Below, piece by piece: positions 49,734-62,458 of a DNA stretch of 64,000 nucleotides (position 1 is the first letter of the stretch; each line of letters begins with the position of its first letter). The stretch lies in NCBI GenBank assembly GCA_013215775.1, contig JABSQO010000008.1, positions 1,128 through 65,127 on the forward strand, given 5' to 3'. The DNA is from Piscirickettsiaceae bacterium (lineage in GTDB: Bacteria; Pseudomonadota; Gammaproteobacteria; Nitrosococcales; Methylophagaceae). The notes below the pieces were generated by a model. It did not search any database and was not told the DNA's origin. It saw nothing but the letters and a program-made list of their open reading frames with translations. A program made the translations under genes and the position numbers.

Positions 49734-51899
49734 ATGAGTACAAACCCACTATCTGAAGACTTAATTAAGATTGTTGAAGCACGCCATCATGACCCGTTTT
49801 CTGTCCTCGGTGCTCACCCTCACGGCACAAAAACAACCGTCACCGTTTTTCTACGTGATACCCAAGAAGCATCATTAAACGATAAACTTAAATTAAAGCG
49901 CATTGAAGGTACCGATCTCTTTCAATGGACAGGTAAAACAGAACTCCTCGAAACGCCTTATACCATCAATCGCATCGCCGGAAATGGTGATCCTGTTGTT
50001 AACCATGATCCTTATTGTTTCTTACCCCAATTGTCAGAATATGATCTACATTTATTCTCTGAAGGTAAACATTGGCATGCATACCGAATTTTAGGTGCAC
50101 ATCCTCAACAAGTTGATGGCGTAGACGGTGTTTTATTCGCAACATGGGCACCAAGTGCTCAGCGCGTCAGTGTCATCGGTAATTTCAACCAATGGGATGG
50201 TCGCATTCACCCCATGCGCGCCCGTGGTGATTCAGGTGTTTGGGAATTATTTGTTCCCGATATCAGTGCTGGCGAAATCTATAAATTTGAAATTAGAGCC
50301 CAAGATGGCTCGTTACATTCCAAAATGGATCCCTATTGCCAACAAGCAGAATTACGACCTAGCACTGGCTCTATAGTTGTCGCTGACACTGGTCACAAAT
50401 GGCAAGATACTGACTGGATGTCTAAACGTGAAAAAGCAGACTGGTTACATACTCCTCATTCCGTTTATGAAGTCCATATGGGGTCATGGAACCGAAATGA
50501 AGCAGGTGACTTTTTAACCTATCGCGAAATGGCTGAACAGATGGTGCCATACGTTAAAGAACTTGGCTTTACTCATATCGAATTGCTACCGATCACTGAG
50601 CATCCTCTTGATATCTCTTGGGGGTATCAAACAACAGGATATTTTGCTCCAACCAGCCGTTTTGGTTCTCCAGATGACTTACGTTATTTCATCGATACTT
50701 GTCACCAAAATAACATCGGTATTATCCTTGATTGGGTGCCAGGTCACTTTCCAAAAGATGCACATGGCCTCGCTCGTTTTGATGGTAGTGCATTATATGA
50801 ACATGCTGATCCACGGCAAGGTGAACACCAAGATTGGGGAACATACATATTCAATTATGGCCGGAAAGAAGTCACTAACTTTTTGTTATCTAGTGCTTTT
50901 TACTGGTTGGAAGAATTTCACATTGATGGTTTACGTGTTGATGCTGTCGCATCAATGTTATATCTCGATTACTCTCGTGAAGAAGATGAATGGGTTCCAA
51001 ACCAATATGGTGGTCGTGAAAATCTTGAAGTCATTGAGTTTTTCAAGCACCTCAATACAGTACTGCATCAGGAACACCCTGGTTGTCTAATTTCTGCTGA
51101 AGAATCGACATCATATCCAATGGTTTCGCGACCAGCTCATATGGGTGGATTAGGTTTTTCCATGAAGTGGAATATGGGTTGGATGCATGACATGCTGGAA
51201 TACATGAAAGAAGATCCGATTAATCGTCGTTATCATCATGATTCACTAACGTTTGGTCTGCTTTATGCCTTCACTGAGAACTTTATCTTGCCGTTTTCTC
51301 ATGACGAAGTAGTTCATGGTAAGAGTTCGATGATCAATAAAATGCCTGGTGATGAGTGGCAACGTTTTGCAAATCTAAGATTGTTATACACAATGATGTT
51401 TACTTATCCGGGTAAAAAACTACTCTTTATGGGATTAGAGTTTGCTCAAGGTACAGAATGGAACTGTGAACGTGCACTAGATTGGTATGTACTGGATTAC
51501 CCACTTCATAAGGGCATGAAGTCATTGGTCACTGATCTAAACAAGCTCTACACCGAAACACCGGCACTATATCGTCATGATTTTGACCCACATGGCTTTG
51601 AGTGGCTAGATGCCAACGAGCACGAACAATCTGTATTAAGTTATATTCGTAAGGATGGTGAGGATTATGTCATCAGTATCTTTAACTTCACCCCAGTACC
51701 AAGAGAACCTTACCGTATTGGTGTGCCTGAAGATGCTGAATATAAAATCATCTTAAATTCTGATGCTGACTCATATGGTGGTAGCAATATTGGTAACACG
51801 ACAACGATCAAGGCTGAGGCAACACCATGGTCCGATAAGCCTTACTCGATAGAAATCAGCCTGCCACCATTAGCAGGAATTGTTTTACAGAAAGTATAA
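49734..51899 (+). CDS. glgB: 1,4-alpha-glucan branching enzyme (GH13)
   Basis: 721 aa. [26 protein letters not shown] and [14 protein letters not shown] conserved regions. Confidence 0.95.
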   Translation: MSTNPLSEDLIKIVEARHHDPFSVLGAHPHGTKTTVTVFLRDTQEASLNDKLKLKRIEGTDLFQWTGKTELLETPYTINRIAGNGDPVVNHDPYCFLPQLSEYDLHLFSEGKHWHAYRILGAHPQQVDGVDGVLFATWAPSAQRVSVIGNFNQWDGRIHPMRARGDSGVWELFVPDISAGEIYKFEIRAQDGSLHSKMDPYCQQAELRPSTGSIVVADTGHKWQDTDWMSKREKADWLHTPHSVYEVHMGSWNRNEAGDFLTYREMAEQMVPYVKELGFTHIELLPITEHPLDISWGYQTTGYFAPTSRFGSPDDLRYFIDTCHQNNIGIILDWVPGHFPKDAHGLARFDGSALYEHADPRQGEHQDWGTYIFNYGRKEVTNFLLSSAFYWLEEFHIDGLRVDAVASMLYLDYSREEDEWVPNQYGGRENLEVIEFFKHLNTVLHQEHPGCLISAEESTSYPMVSRPAHMGGLGFSMKWNMGWMHDMLEYMKEDPINRRYHHDSLTFGLLYAFTENFILPFSHDEVVHGKSSMINKMPGDEWQRFANLRLLYTMMFTYPGKKLLFMGLEFAQGTEWNCERALDWYVLDYPLHKGMKSLVTDLNKLYTETPALYRHDFDPHGFEWLDANEHEQSVLSYIRKDGEDYVISIFNFTPVPREPYRIGVPEDAEYKIILNSDADSYGGSNIGNTTTIKAEATPWSDKPYSIEISLPPLAGIVLQKV

Positions 51900-51926
51900 T
51901 GTCTAACAGGATGTAACAAAATAGAT

Positions 51927-51962
51927 CACCCTAGTTGAGTTTCTCAACTAGGGTGTTTTTTT
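51927..51962 (+). terminator. Rho-independent terminator of glgB
   Basis: 13-bp stem caccctagttgag (51927-51939) / ctcaactagggtg (51943-51955), 3-nt loop, followed by a T7 run at 51956-51962. Confidence 0.8.
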
Positions 51963-51969
51963 ATGTATA

Positions 51970-53607
51970 TTAATCTCTCAACTGGCGAATCAATTTGATT
52001 AAATTCGTTGTCGAGCTATCATGTACGGCGATGTTACCATCACTCTTTAAATCAGGCCAAATAGCGTTAGCGAGTTGTTTACCTAGCTCTACGCCCCATT
52101 GATCAAATGAGTTAATATTCCAAATAACACCTTGAACAAAGACTTTATGTTCATACAACGCGACTAGTTTACCCAACATTTCAGGTGTTAATTTAGCAAA
52201 AATCAATGTATTGCTAGGACGATTACCTGGGAATATTTTATGCGGTAACAATGCTTCAAGCGCCTCACCTTCAAAACCTTCCTCAACCAATTCTCTACGT
52301 ACTTCTTCAGCATTTTTTCCTTTCATCAATGCTTCTGATTGTGCCAAGCCATTTGCCAATAAAATAGATTGATGATCCACTTCTGGATAATGACTATTGA
52401 TTGGCAATACAAAATCAACTGGGACTAATTGTGTTCCCTGATGAATTAACTGGAAATAGGCATGCTGACCATTGGTACCGGGTGTTCCCCAAATGACAGG
52501 CCCTGTTTTATAGCTAATTCGTTGACCTGTTCGATTGGTAATCTTACCGTTACTTTCCATATCTAATTGCTGCATATGACTGGGGAAACGGGCTAATGAG
52601 TGATCATAAGGCACAATAGCTTGCGTTTGAGAGCCAAAGAAATTGATATACCACACACCAAGCAATCCCATGATGACAGGAATATTTTCTGCTAACGGCT
52701 GATGTCGGAAATGGTTATCCATTTCATGGGCACCGTCCAATAGGCGTTCAAAGTTCTCTATACCCACATATAGTGCAATCGGTAAACCTATTGCACTCCA
52801 TAAGGAATAACGACCACCTACCCAATCCCAAATTTCAAACATATTGTTAGTATCAATACCAAATTCGGCCACTGCTTCCGCATTGGTTGACACCGCAACA
52901 AAATGTTTCGCAACATCTTGTTGTTGCGCTGATTTTAAAAACCAAGATCTTGCTGACTCAGCATTGGTCAATGTTTCTTGGGTAGTGAATGTTTTAGATG
53001 CCACCACAAACAAAGTAGTTTCTGGTTTCAATTTATCTAATGTTGTACTTAAATCAGTACCATCAATATTAGAAACAAAATGAACGCTAACACCTTCAAC
53101 AGCATAAGGTTCTAAGGCATCACAGATCATTGCCGGCCCTAAATCAGATCCACCGATACCAACATTAACAATATCGGTTATTTTTTGGCCAGTATAACCA
53201 AGCCATTCGCCATTATGAATTTGATTACAGAACTTTTTCATTTGACCTAATACCGCATTCACTGCTGGCATCACATCTTTGCCATCAACCAGTACAGGTG
53301 TATTACTGCGATTACGTAAAGCGGTATGCAGTACAGCTCGACCTTCAGTGTTATTGATTCCTTCACCAGTGAACATACGTTCTGTCATACCAGACATATC
53401 GACTGATTTTGCCAAAGCGACTAGTTTTTCCATCGTCTTTTTAGTAATTCGATTTTTTGAATAATCAAGCAACAAATCACCACAATTCGCCGTAAAGCGA
53501 TCAAAGCGACCAGAATCCAAAGCAAATTCTTCGCGCATTGACGTATATTTCAGATCAGAATAGTGACGCTGTAGCGATTGCCATTCAGGTATATTTAAAG
53601 GTGTCAT
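51970..53607 (-). CDS. pgi: Glucose-6-phosphate isomerase
   Basis: 545 aa. [23 protein letters not shown] and [18 protein letters not shown]. Confidence 0.95.
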   Translation of the reverse strand: MTPLNIPEWQSLQRHYSDLKYTSMREEFALDSGRFDRFTANCGDLLLDYSKNRITKKTMEKLVALAKSVDMSGMTERMFTGEGINNTEGRAVLHTALRNRSNTPVLVDGKDVMPAVNAVLGQMKKFCNQIHNGEWLGYTGQKITDIVNVGIGGSDLGPAMICDALEPYAVEGVSVHFVSNIDGTDLSTTLDKLKPETTLFVVASKTFTTQETLTNAESARSWFLKSAQQQDVAKHFVAVSTNAEAVAEFGIDTNNMFEIWDWVGGRYSLWSAIGLPIALYVGIENFERLLDGAHEMDNHFRHQPLAENIPVIMGLLGVWYINFFGSQTQAIVPYDHSLARFPSHMQQLDMESNGKITNRTGQRISYKTGPVIWGTPGTNGQHAYFQLIHQGTQLVPVDFVLPINSHYPEVDHQSILLANGLAQSEALMKGKNAEEVRRELVEEGFEGEALEALLPHKIFPGNRPSNTLIFAKLTPEMLGKLVALYEHKVFVQGVIWNINSFDQWGVELGKQLANAIWPDLKSDGNIAVHDSSTTNLIKLIRQLRD

Positions 53608-53625
53608 ATTTCTCTTCTATATTTT

Positions 53626-54882
53626 TTATTGTTTTAAATAATTTGCGACTGCATCCCACGCAATTGTTTCCTGCTCACCTGTGGCCATTGTTTTTACGCC
53701 AATCACTTGTTGACTTATTTCATCATCACCAAGAATCAATGTCCAACGAGCACCACTTCGATCAGCTCGTTTAAATTGGTTCTTAAAGCTACCACCACCA
53801 CAGTGGGTAATCAACTTCAAATTTGGAATGGCATCTCGTAAATTCTCAGCTAGCAGTAATGATTGTTTAGCAGCCTGTTCCCCAACAGCAACAAAATAAG
53901 CATCTATTCCCGCTATTTCTGGCAGTGCATCTGTTGCTTCGAGTAGTGCTATTAAACGCTCCAACCCAATAGCAAAGCCAATGGCTGTTGCAGATCGACC
54001 TCCTAATTGTGCGACCAAACTATCATAACGACCGCCAGCACATACTGTGCCTTGCGAACCAAGATGGTTGGTCACCCATTCGAATACTGTTTTACCGTAA
54101 TAATCCAAGCCACGCACTAATCTTGGATTTATTTCATAAGAAAGACCAGCCGCATCTAAGGATTCACAAAGTGCCGTAAAATCTTGCTTTGATTCCATAT
54201 CAAGATGATCTAACAATTTTGGTGCAGCATCATTTAATGCCTGCATTGCTGGATTTTTACTGTCCAGTATTCTCAATGGATTAGTATGTAAACGCCGCTG
54301 ACTATCTTCATCCAATTCATCTTGATGGGCTTCAAAATAAGCGATTAATTCATCTCGATAAGCTAATCGTGCCTCAGTCGAACCTAGAGAATTAATTTGT
54401 AGTGTTAAACCCGTTAAGCCTAGTTGTTTCCATAGGCGAGCTGTCATCAAAATCATTTCAGCATCAATGTCTGGTCCGCTAAAACCATAAGCCTCTACAC
54501 CCACTTGGTGAAATTGACGATATCGGCCTTTTTGAGGTCGTTCATGACGAAACATGGGCCCCATATACCAAAGACGTTGAGTTTGGTTCAATAAGCCATT
54601 TTGCATCGCGGCACGGACACAGCCAGCAGTCCCTTCTGGTCGTAATGTTAACCAATCACCATTACGATCTTCAAAAGAGTACATTTCCTTTTCAACAATA
54701 TCGGTAACTTCACCAATAGATCGTTTGAACAACTCTGTTTTTTCAACAATTGGGAATCTAATTTCTTGATAACCATAACTCGTCAGGACTTGTTTAAGTG
54801 CTGTTTCAACAGCTTGCCAATAAGGCGTTACTTCGGGAAGGATGTCATTCATACCCCGAATCGAACGAATAATATCTGCCAC
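53626..54882 (-). CDS. hisS: Histidyl-tRNA synthetase
   Basis: 418 aa. IRGMNDILP, class-II motifs ([23 protein letters not shown]) and an anticodon-binding domain. Confidence 0.95.
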   Translation of the reverse strand: MADIIRSIRGMNDILPEVTPYWQAVETALKQVLTSYGYQEIRFPIVEKTELFKRSIGEVTDIVEKEMYSFEDRNGDWLTLRPEGTAGCVRAAMQNGLLNQTQRLWYMGPMFRHERPQKGRYRQFHQVGVEAYGFSGPDIDAEMILMTARLWKQLGLTGLTLQINSLGSTEARLAYRDELIAYFEAHQDELDEDSQRRLHTNPLRILDSKNPAMQALNDAAPKLLDHLDMESKQDFTALCESLDAAGLSYEINPRLVRGLDYYGKTVFEWVTNHLGSQGTVCAGGRYDSLVAQLGGRSATAIGFAIGLERLIALLEATDALPEIAGIDAYFVAVGEQAAKQSLLLAENLRDAIPNLKLITHCGGGSFKNQFKRADRSGARWTLILGDDEISQQVIGVKTMATGEQETIAWDAVANYLKQ

Positions 54883-54884
54883 GC

Positions 54885-56009
54885 TTAACTTATATCCTTT
54901 ATTGGAATCACTTTCTCTGGGTTAGATGATTGTTGTTGCCGTGCTATACGCTGACGAATTTCTCGTTCTAATTCATCAACTAATGCTTCATTTTCAACTT
55001 TATGATTTGGCTTACCATCAACATACAGTAAATTTGGCTCTCCACCGGTTAAACCAATCGCTGCAGATTTGGCCTCTCCAGGTCCATTCACTACGCAGCC
55101 GATTACGGCCACATCCATTGGCTCTAAAATATCTTCTAATCGAGCTTCTAATTCATTCACTGTTGAAATCACATCAAACTGTTGGCGAGAACAAGAAGGG
55201 CAGGCAATTAAATTAATGCCTTTACTTCTAATTCTCAGGCTTTTAAGAATATCAAATCCAACTCGAATTTCTTCTATTGGGTCGGCCGCCAGTGATACTC
55301 GAATCGTATCACCAATACCCTCAGCCAGTAACATACCCAACCCAATTGCTGATTTAACCGAACCCGATCTAAGACTACCGGCTTCAGTGATTCCTAAATG
55401 CAGTGGTTGTTCAATCTGACTCGCCAACTTGCGATAGGCATGCACGGTCATAAAGACATCTGATGCTTTCAAACTTAACTTAAAATCGGGATAATTCAGA
55501 CGATCAAGGATATCAATATGGCGCATTGCCGATTCAACTAAGGCGTCAGGCGTTGGTTCACCATATTTTTTTTGCAGATCTTTCTCTAGTGATCCAGCAT
55601 TCACACCTATTCTGATTGGAATACCGTGATCACGAGCACTCTCCACTACTGCACGAACTCTATCTTCTCGGCCAATATTACCGGGATTAATTCGTAAACA
55701 ATCAGCACCTAATTCAGCGACACGGAGAGCAATTTTATAATCAAAATGAATATCCGTGACAAGCGGAATAGTGACTTGTTTTTTAATCAATCCAAATGCT
55801 TCTGCAGCCTCCATACTCGGTACTGAAACTCGCACAATATCAGCACCCACATCTTGTAATGCTTTTATTTGAGCAACTGTCGCTTTCACATCACAGGTTT
55901 CAGTGTTGGTCATACTTTGCACCGATATAGGCGCATCGCCACCCACCGCAACATTACCGACCATTATCTGCCGAGATTTTCGTCGCACGATAGTTGAAAT
56001 TGATTCCAT
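54885..56009 (-). CDS. ispG: 4-hydroxy-3-methylbut-2-en-1-yl diphosphate synthase
   Basis: 374 aa. [13 protein letters not shown] and the [4Fe-4S] cysteines ACPSCSR...GCVVNGPGE. Confidence 0.95.
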   Translation of the reverse strand: MESISTIVRRKSRQIMVGNVAVGGDAPISVQSMTNTETCDVKATVAQIKALQDVGADIVRVSVPSMEAAEAFGLIKKQVTIPLVTDIHFDYKIALRVAELGADCLRINPGNIGREDRVRAVVESARDHGIPIRIGVNAGSLEKDLQKKYGEPTPDALVESAMRHIDILDRLNYPDFKLSLKASDVFMTVHAYRKLASQIEQPLHLGITEAGSLRSGSVKSAIGLGMLLAEGIGDTIRVSLAADPIEEIRVGFDILKSLRIRSKGINLIACPSCSRQQFDVISTVNELEARLEDILEPMDVAVIGCVVNGPGEAKSAAIGLTGGEPNLLYVDGKPNHKVENEALVDELEREIRQRIARQQQSSNPEKVIPIKDIS

Positions 56010-57004
56010 TAAGACTCCGCTTCTATAACAAATCTGGCTACGCCACCTTCCGTATAAGGTGAGGTATCAAACACGGTATTATTATATTTCATGATGACCG
56101 CAGATGCGCGACCGAAAGTAACACTCAAGGGTAATTTCCCCGCCACCGTCACAGTCTGATTCTCTTTAACCACTCTATTTACTAATATTTGTTGGTCTGC
56201 ATCCTTAATTTCTACCCAGCTATCACCAGAGAGTTGAAGTTCGATAATAGGGAAATCCTCGGCCGGTTGTTGAGTAGCAAGCTCTGCCAGTTCATTATCA
56301 ATTTGACCCTGCTGTTCAAGTGCAAGATCAGCATCTTCTTTCTGCTGGGGCGATAACATTTCAGTTTTTGTCATTTTCTGTTCTATCTCAAGAGAGATTA
56401 CCTCTTCAGTAGTCACTTCGACATTCACTTCTTTGTCATCTGTCACATCAAGTGATGCTGGTTTTTCTATCGCTATATCTGTTTCACTATTTTCTGATAT
56501 CGGCTTCACAACACTGGCATTAAAAACATCGTCGGAATTTTGCTGTTCATTCAATTGTTCCCATGGCGACACATCATCAGCGGCATCTGAATATGCTCGC
56601 GAATCCTGCCATTGTTGATAAGCAAACCAAGTCACGGCCAACACGACAATCAATAAGGTTGCTGGTAACCAAGGATAGCGAGAAGATGGTTTTATCTGAT
56701 AATGGCTTAATATTGCCGCCTCAGTTATTTGATACTCAACATTAAACGCAGAAAGCATTTCCCTTTCTGGCAAACCAAGAAATTTCACATAATTTAGAAA
56801 ATAACCCCGAGCATAAGCTCTTCCATGTAACTGTTCCCACTGCTCTGCTTCCAAATTAATGATTGTTCCTTTCATCAATCGTAGCTGTGCAGCCACTTCA
56901 GAAATACTGATCTTTTTTGCTTCACGCGCAGCTTTTAATTTTTCACCCACGCTAGGTGACTCGCTACCTACTACAATTTCGTCATTATTATCATCAGTCA
57001 TCAT
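56009..57004 (-). CDS. rodZ: Cytoskeleton-associated protein RodZ
   Basis: 331 aa. N-terminal XRE-type HTH ([21 protein letters not shown]), one TM, an acidic linker and a C-terminal DUF4115-like domain. It sits in the conserved pilW-rodZ-ispG-hisS neighbourhood. Confidence 0.8.
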   Translation of the reverse strand: MMTDDNNDEIVVGSESPSVGEKLKAAREAKKISISEVAAQLRLMKGTIINLEAEQWEQLHGRAYARGYFLNYVKFLGLPEREMLSAFNVEYQITEAAILSHYQIKPSSRYPWLPATLLIVVLAVTWFAYQQWQDSRAYSDAADDVSPWEQLNEQQNSDDVFNASVVKPISENSETDIAIEKPASLDVTDDKEVNVEVTTEEVISLEIEQKMTKTEMLSPQQKEDADLALEQQGQIDNELAELATQQPAEDFPIIELQLSGDSWVEIKDADQQILVNRVVKENQTVTVAGKLPLSVTFGRASAVIMKYNNTVFDTSPYTEGGVARFVIEAES

Positions 57005-57759
57005 TAAAACTGCCCATTTTTAACCTGTAATGCTTGGTCAGAATCCGGGAATTTCCCCTTCAATAACATACTATAACTTGCTACTGCGTCTTGATCATCC
57101 AGTTTATTTTCTGTTTTTATCCCAAGCAAAAGAGCGTGAGGACTCCATGCCGATACCGCCTTATATCGCTCAATATAAGCTCTCGCCCGTAAATAATCTT
57201 GTTGTTGATAACTCAATTCTGCCATCTGAAATAATGACTTAGTCAAGTTTGGATTTATTTGTAATGCTTGTCGAAAATAACTTTCCGCACGAATAGGGTC
57301 AGGAATACGATTGACGCATAATCCTGCATTTTCCAATGCTTGTGCCTTGCTACTATATAAAGGGTTTTTAATCGCTTCTAAAAACTGCTTCTCAGCTTCA
57401 TCGTAGCGAGCTTGTTGGCATAAAAACACCCCGAAATTATTGTGCGCTTCGGAATATTGTGGCGCTCGTTGTACTGATTCTTCGAAATGTTTTCCAGCCT
57501 TATCCATTTCACCTAGACGTTGGTATAACAAAGCAATCGTATTATGAGCACTCGGTAAATTTGGATCTTGTTTTAATGCTTTCTGTAACTTCTCAAGTGC
57601 GATCTCGTAATCGCCACGTTGCATATAATTCAATCCTAAGCGCATATTAATTTCAGCGGCTTTAGGATCAGGAGCAATATGTTCTATCGGACGTGTATTG
57701 CCTAGTTGTTGGCAACCCGCTAATAGCGATAACATTAGTACTATTAAAAATATTTTCAT
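57004..57759 (-). CDS. pilW: TPR lipoprotein, PilW-type (type IV pilus biogenesis/stability)
   Basis: 251 aa. Lipobox LLAGC and TPR repeats throughout. It occupies the conserved position between rlmN and rodZ. Confidence 0.7.
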   Translation of the reverse strand: MKIFLIVLMLSLLAGCQQLGNTRPIEHIAPDPKAAEINMRLGLNYMQRGDYEIALEKLQKALKQDPNLPSAHNTIALLYQRLGEMDKAGKHFEESVQRAPQYSEAHNNFGVFLCQQARYDEAEKQFLEAIKNPLYSSKAQALENAGLCVNRIPDPIRAESYFRQALQINPNLTKSLFQMAELSYQQQDYLRARAYIERYKAVSAWSPHALLLGIKTENKLDDQDAVASYSMLLKGKFPDSDQALQVKNGQF

Positions 57760-58853
57760 TGTGCTGCTAAAGCCTCCGCCTCGGCTATTCGTTGAGTGCG
57801 TCGTGTTTTATCTTGAACCTCACCGGCCAATTGACCACAGGCGGCCACAATATCATCTCCGCGAGTCTTACGTATAGTGGCTACAAACCCACCATCCACT
57901 AGCTGCTTTTTAAAACGTACCATTACTGGTTTTGATGAACAGCGATAAGATGTTTTCGGAAAGGGGTTAAATGGAATTAAATTAATTTTAGTCGGTAAAC
58001 CTTTTAAGATTTTCATTAAATCCTTAGCATCTTGAATAGAATCATTAATACCCTCTAGCAATACATATTCAATTGTAATGTGGCGTTTTTGAGGTACATC
58101 AACATAACGTTTACATGCCGCCAATAATTCAGCTATAGGATATTTATCATTCAGAGGGATAATTTCACTGCGTAACTTATCATTTGCTGCATGCAATGAA
58201 ATCGCTAAACTCACATGACAATCTTCACGCAATTTATCAATCATCGGCACCATGCCAGATGTGCTTAAGGTTACTCTACGCCATGAAATGCCATAAGCTA
58301 AATCATCACGCATCAATCTCATTGCAGTAATAACATTATTGTAATTGGCTAAAGGTTCACCCATGCCCATCATCACCACGTTAGTGACGACGCGTTTACC
58401 TTTTGGATCTTTCCCTAAATATTCGTTTGCCAACCAAACTTGGCCAATAATTTCACTTGCATCAAGGTTACGATTAAATCCTTGCTGCCCTGTGGAGCAA
58501 AAAGTACATGCTAAGGTACAACCTACCTGTGAGGACACACACAAAGTGCCTCGTCCTTGTTCAGGAATATAAACCGTTTCAATTGAATTGCCACAAGACA
58601 ATCGGATAATCCATTTCCGAGTACCATCTTTCGAAATATGTTCTTGTAATACTTCAGGCAGCTTAATTTCTGCTCTTTCAGTCAATTTTTGTCGCAAGAC
58701 TTTGCTCAAATTAGTCATTTCAGCAAAATCCACTACTCTATATTGGTGAATCCATTGTAATAACTGGCGCGCACGGAAAGATTTCTCACCGATTTCGGCA
58801 AAAAACGCTTCCAGACCCTTCTGATCTAATCCTAATAAATTCGTGCGTACCAT
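57756..58853 (-). CDS. rlmN: 23S rRNA/tRNA adenine-C2 methyltransferase (radical SAM)
   Basis: Radical-SAM [11 protein letters not shown] and MGMGEPL. I prefer the ATG at 58853 ([18 protein letters not shown]...) over the track start at 58928, which overlaps ndk by 62 nt. Confidence 0.92.
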   Translation of the reverse strand: MVRTNLLGLDQKGLEAFFAEIGEKSFRARQLLQWIHQYRVVDFAEMTNLSKVLRQKLTERAEIKLPEVLQEHISKDGTRKWIIRLSCGNSIETVYIPEQGRGTLCVSSQVGCTLACTFCSTGQQGFNRNLDASEIIGQVWLANEYLGKDPKGKRVVTNVVMMGMGEPLANYNNVITAMRLMRDDLAYGISWRRVTLSTSGMVPMIDKLREDCHVSLAISLHAANDKLRSEIIPLNDKYPIAELLAACKRYVDVPQKRHITIEYVLLEGINDSIQDAKDLMKILKGLPTKINLIPFNPFPKTSYRCSSKPVMVRFKKQLVDGGFVATIRKTRGDDIVAACGQLAGEVQDKTRRTQRIAEAEALAAQ

Positions 58854-58866
58854 TTTATTTATACCG

Positions 58867-59298
58867 TTATCGAGTGCGAGAACATAATTGATCTTCAGTA
58901 AAGAAGTAAGCAATCTCACGTGTTGCACTTTCTACTGAATCAGAACCATGAGCCGCGTTCTCATCAATACTTTGCGCAAAATCAGCACGGATAGTACCAG
59001 CATCAGCATCCGCAGGATTAGTCGCACCCATTAGGTCACGATTTTTCAACACAGCACCTTCACCTTCTAACACTTGAACCATCACTGGACCTGATGTCAT
59101 AAAACTAACCAATGCACCAAAAAATGGACGTTCTTTATGTTCAGCGTAAAAACCTTCTGCTTGTTGTTGTGATAAGTGAATCATTCGACCAGCAACAATT
59201 TGTAATCCTGCTTTTTCAAAACGTGAATAAATATCACCAATTACATTTTTAGCTACAGCATCTGGCTTAATAATAGAAATAGTGCGTTCAATCGCCAT
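58867..59298 (-). CDS. ndk: Nucleoside diphosphate kinase
   Basis: 143 aa. [12 protein letters not shown] and the active-site NAAHGSDS. Confidence 0.96.
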   Translation of the reverse strand: MAIERTISIIKPDAVAKNVIGDIYSRFEKAGLQIVAGRMIHLSQQQAEGFYAEHKERPFFGALVSFMTSGPVMVQVLEGEGAVLKNRDLMGATNPADADAGTIRADFAQSIDENAAHGSDSVESATREIAYFFTEDQLCSRTR

Positions 59299-59429
59299 TG
59301 TAAATCCTCTTTTAAGAAGTTAAGTTAAAATTCTGCTATTTTACCACCTTATCGCTACTGCGTTAGAACTAATAAGATAGAATCATCACAAGTTTGAATA
59401 TAACTAATTAACAGGCATTTACCCTAAAT

Positions 59430-60299
59430 ATGAACTCGACCTTTAAATACATTGGCCTTTATATACGTAAAAATGATCCTGTAATGAAAAATGCTGTCAT
59501 TCAAGTGACAAAATTCCTTCAGGCCCAATCATTAACTGTTTTTGTTAATGAGCCACTACGATTTCTACCAGAACTTGAGGTGATTTCCATTGGTGATTTC
59601 CCACAAAAATGCGACCTTACCATTGCTATCGGCGGTGATGGCACACTACTCTTTATTGCTCGTGCATTAGCGGGTTCTGGATTACCTTTAGTGGGTATCA
59701 ATGTCGGACGTTTAGGATTTTTAGCCGACCTCACTTTAACTAACTTAGAGCAACACCTCTCACAAATTTTAGAGGGTAAATATCGTGAAGACACCCGTTT
59801 TTTAATGCAATCCAGCATTACTAAATCTGATAAACTCATCAGTATGGCAATGAATGATGTGGTCGTGCATTCGCATCAAAGCTTACATATGATTGAATTT
59901 GAAACATCAATTAATGGTCGGTTTCTTAATAGTCAACGTGCCGATGGTATTGTTATTGCTACTCCAACAGGTTCTACTGCCTATGCCATGTCTGCTGGCG
60001 GCCCTATTCTTGATGTAGATCTAGATGCTCTAGTCCTGACATCAATTTGCCCACATACCTTAAGTAATAGACCGCTGGTTATTGCCGCTGACAGTGTGAT
60101 TGATATTACTCTAAGTGAAAATAATACTCATACTGCAATGGTGACATCTGATGGCCGTCCGGGTCATATTTTAGAACCTGGTGATAGCATCCGTATTGAA
60201 CGTCACCCAAGCACTATCAAACTATTACATTTAGAAGATCACGACCATTATTCAATTTTGCGAGCCAAACTTGAATGGGGTCGCAAATTGACATGCTGA
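59430..60299 (+). CDS. nadK: NAD kinase
   Basis: 289 aa. GGDGTLL and TPTGSTAYAMSAGGPI motifs. Confidence 0.92.
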   Translation: MNSTFKYIGLYIRKNDPVMKNAVIQVTKFLQAQSLTVFVNEPLRFLPELEVISIGDFPQKCDLTIAIGGDGTLLFIARALAGSGLPLVGINVGRLGFLADLTLTNLEQHLSQILEGKYREDTRFLMQSSITKSDKLISMAMNDVVVHSHQSLHMIEFETSINGRFLNSQRADGIVIATPTGSTAYAMSAGGPILDVDLDALVLTSICPHTLSNRPLVIAADSVIDITLSENNTHTAMVTSDGRPGHILEPGDSIRIERHPSTIKLLHLEDHDHYSILRAKLEWGRKLTC

Positions 60300-61966
60300 C
60301 CAATTTGAATATCCGCCACCTTGCTATCGCTGATGATCTTGAGCTTAGTTTTAGCCAAGGCATGACATCACTGACAGGTGAAACTGGCGCAGGTAAATCG
60401 ATCTTAGTCGATGCAATGAGTCTAGTGCTTGGTGATCGTGCCGATCCTAATATGGTTCGTCACAACTGTGATCGTGCGGAAATCGAGGCCACATTTAACA
60501 CATCAAAAAACTCCATATTACAACAATGGTTAATTGACCAAGAGCTTGACGATGATGAACTATGCCATTTACGACGAACCATTTCTCGGGACGGCCGTTC
60601 AAAAGCTTATATCAATGGCAGAACAGTTCCTCTCCATCAATTACGTGAAGTCAGTGCACGTACTATTGATATTCATGGCCAACATGCACATCAATCTTTA
60701 ATCCGCAGTGAAACCCAACGTTTATTAATTGATACTGTCGCCAATACCAAGCCCCTGCTGGATGAATTATCAGTCGCCTACAAACAGTGGCAAAACTCTC
60801 AACAACAACTCACTGAATTACAACAGCAATCCCAACAACATACTGCTCGTTTGGAGTTATTACGCTACCAAGTTCATGAACTTGACCCACTGGATTTAAG
60901 TGATGACACGATTCAACAACTCATTCATGAACAACAGAAATTAGCTTACGCATCGCAATTAATTAACACCACAGAATTGAGCCTTCAACAGCTTTTTGAA
61001 CAAGAACAAGGTTCTGCTTATAGCGTGGTCAGTAATGTACTTATCGATTTAGAAAAGCTAAAAGATATTGAACCTCAGTTTAACAATATCGTAGAAATAT
61101 TAAATTCAACTATTGCCCAACTTGACGAATGTAGTAGTGAATTGCGGCATTATCTAGATAGTGCAGATAACAATCCAGAGCGACTTGATGAAGTCGAAGT
61201 ACAATTATCGGCATTGCATGAACTTGCTAGAAAACATCATGTTGAGATCGAAGCACTACCCGCTCATTATCAACAACTTTGTGATGAATTAACGAGATTG
61301 GCCGATTTAGACAGCCACAGTGAACAGTTACAGCAACAAGTCGACGAACAAGAGAAACTCTGTCGATCACTATGCCAAAAAATTAGTCTGCAGCGCCAGC
61401 GAGCAGCTGAACCACTAGCAGAAAAAATAAGCCAATCGATACAACAATTAGCTATTCCGGGTGGATATATCGAATTTAATATTAGCCCTTTAGCCAATGG
61501 ACACTTTAATGAAACAGGCTCAGATCATATTCAATTATTAGTTAGCACGAATCCCGGTCAATCTGCTGGCGACTTGGGCAAAGTGGCTTCTGGAGGCGAA
61601 CTAGCACGAATTAGTTTAGCTATTCAAGTCGTGACGGCAGGAACGCGCAGCGTACCCACTTTAGTTTTTGATGAAGTCGATGTCGGTATTGGTGGTGGAA
61701 TTGCCGAAATCGTCGGCCGTCATTTACGCCTATTGGCCAGTACACAGCAGGTGATATGTATTACCCATTTACCCCAAGTTGCAGCCCAAGCACATCAACA
61801 ATTGCAGGTCAGTAAAAAACAATCTGATGATAGTACTCATATTGAACTTGCTGAACTCAATGAGGAGCAGCGAGTTGAAGAAATCGCCAGAATGCTTGGC
61901 GGTGTTACATTAACCGAAAAAACACGCTCCCACGCACAAGAAATGCTAGAACAAGCCCAAGTCTAG
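60293..61966 (+). CDS. recN: DNA repair protein RecN
   Basis: I prefer the start at 60293 (MLTNLNIRHLAI...), which forms an ATGCTGA overlap with the nadK stop. Walker A GETGAGKS, a long coiled coil, and the signature/Walker B region SGGELARISLA...LVFDEVDVGIGG. Confidence 0.93.
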   Translation: MLTNLNIRHLAIADDLELSFSQGMTSLTGETGAGKSILVDAMSLVLGDRADPNMVRHNCDRAEIEATFNTSKNSILQQWLIDQELDDDELCHLRRTISRDGRSKAYINGRTVPLHQLREVSARTIDIHGQHAHQSLIRSETQRLLIDTVANTKPLLDELSVAYKQWQNSQQQLTELQQQSQQHTARLELLRYQVHELDPLDLSDDTIQQLIHEQQKLAYASQLINTTELSLQQLFEQEQGSAYSVVSNVLIDLEKLKDIEPQFNNIVEILNSTIAQLDECSSELRHYLDSADNNPERLDEVEVQLSALHELARKHHVEIEALPAHYQQLCDELTRLADLDSHSEQLQQQVDEQEKLCRSLCQKISLQRQRAAEPLAEKISQSIQQLAIPGGYIEFNISPLANGHFNETGSDHIQLLVSTNPGQSAGDLGKVASGGELARISLAIQVVTAGTRSVPTLVFDEVDVGIGGGIAEIVGRHLRLLASTQQVICITHLPQVAAQAHQQLQVSKKQSDDSTHIELAELNEEQRVEEIARMLGGVTLTEKTRSHAQEMLEQAQV

Positions 61967-62382
61967 TCTTTATCCTGTCGGCATTTCTGACAGATACCAT
62001 AGATATATAAACTGTGATCTGTCATCTCAAAGCCCTTTTCAAGGGCAATGGCACGTTGGCGTTGCTCAATCACCTCATCAATAAACTCTTCTATTTGGTG
62101 ACAGCGTACACATAATAAGTGGTCATGATGAGTACCATCTTCAAGTTCAAATACAGCGTGACCATCATCAATACTCAATCGAGACACTAAACCTGCACCT
62201 TGAAACTGAGTCAATACACGGTAGACTGTCGCTAAACCGATTTCTTCACCCATCTCCAGCAAAGCCTTATAAACATCTTCAGCACTCATATGGCGTTGTT
62301 TTGTCGTCTCTAAAATCTCCAACACTTTAAGTCTTGGCAATGTGACTTTTAAACCTACATTTCTTAAATCCTGACTTTCCAT
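61963..62382 (-). CDS. fur: Ferric uptake regulator
   Basis: 139 aa. LKVTLPRLKVLEIL, metal sites HHDHLLCVRC and CQKC. Confidence 0.92.
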   Translation of the reverse strand: MESQDLRNVGLKVTLPRLKVLEILETTKQRHMSAEDVYKALLEMGEEIGLATVYRVLTQFQGAGLVSRLSIDDGHAVFELEDGTHHDHLLCVRCHQIEEFIDEVIEQRQRAIALEKGFEMTDHSLYIYGICQKCRQDKD

Positions 62383-62458
62383 AAATTGATACCTCGTCGA
62401 AACTGAGTGATTAGCGTATCATCTCACTCTGATAATTTAATTCAAATAGTAAATATAA

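Noticed and set aside
50563-51090. 175-aa plus-strand ORF in an alternative frame inside glgB, plus smaller ones at 49903..50094 and 50128..50376.
   Set aside because: The glgB frame carries all the GH13 conserved regions across this span. The alternative-frame products are hydrophobic and low-complexity with no motifs.
58854-58928. The longer N-terminal extension of rlmN in the ORF track (start at 58928). The same question arises for recN (60275) and hflC (35741).
   Set aside because: Each extension overlaps the upstream gene by 25-62 nt and adds residues that do not look like the family. The internal ATGs at 58853, 60293 and 35711 give canonical family N-termini and a tight coupling geometry.
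62431-62449. Candidate Fur box GATAATTTAATTCAAATAG in the fur-bamE divergent region.
   Set aside because: Only about 10 of 19 positions match the GATAATGATAATCATTATC consensus, and the match is confined mostly to the first hexamer. AT-rich intergenic DNA produces such matches by chance.
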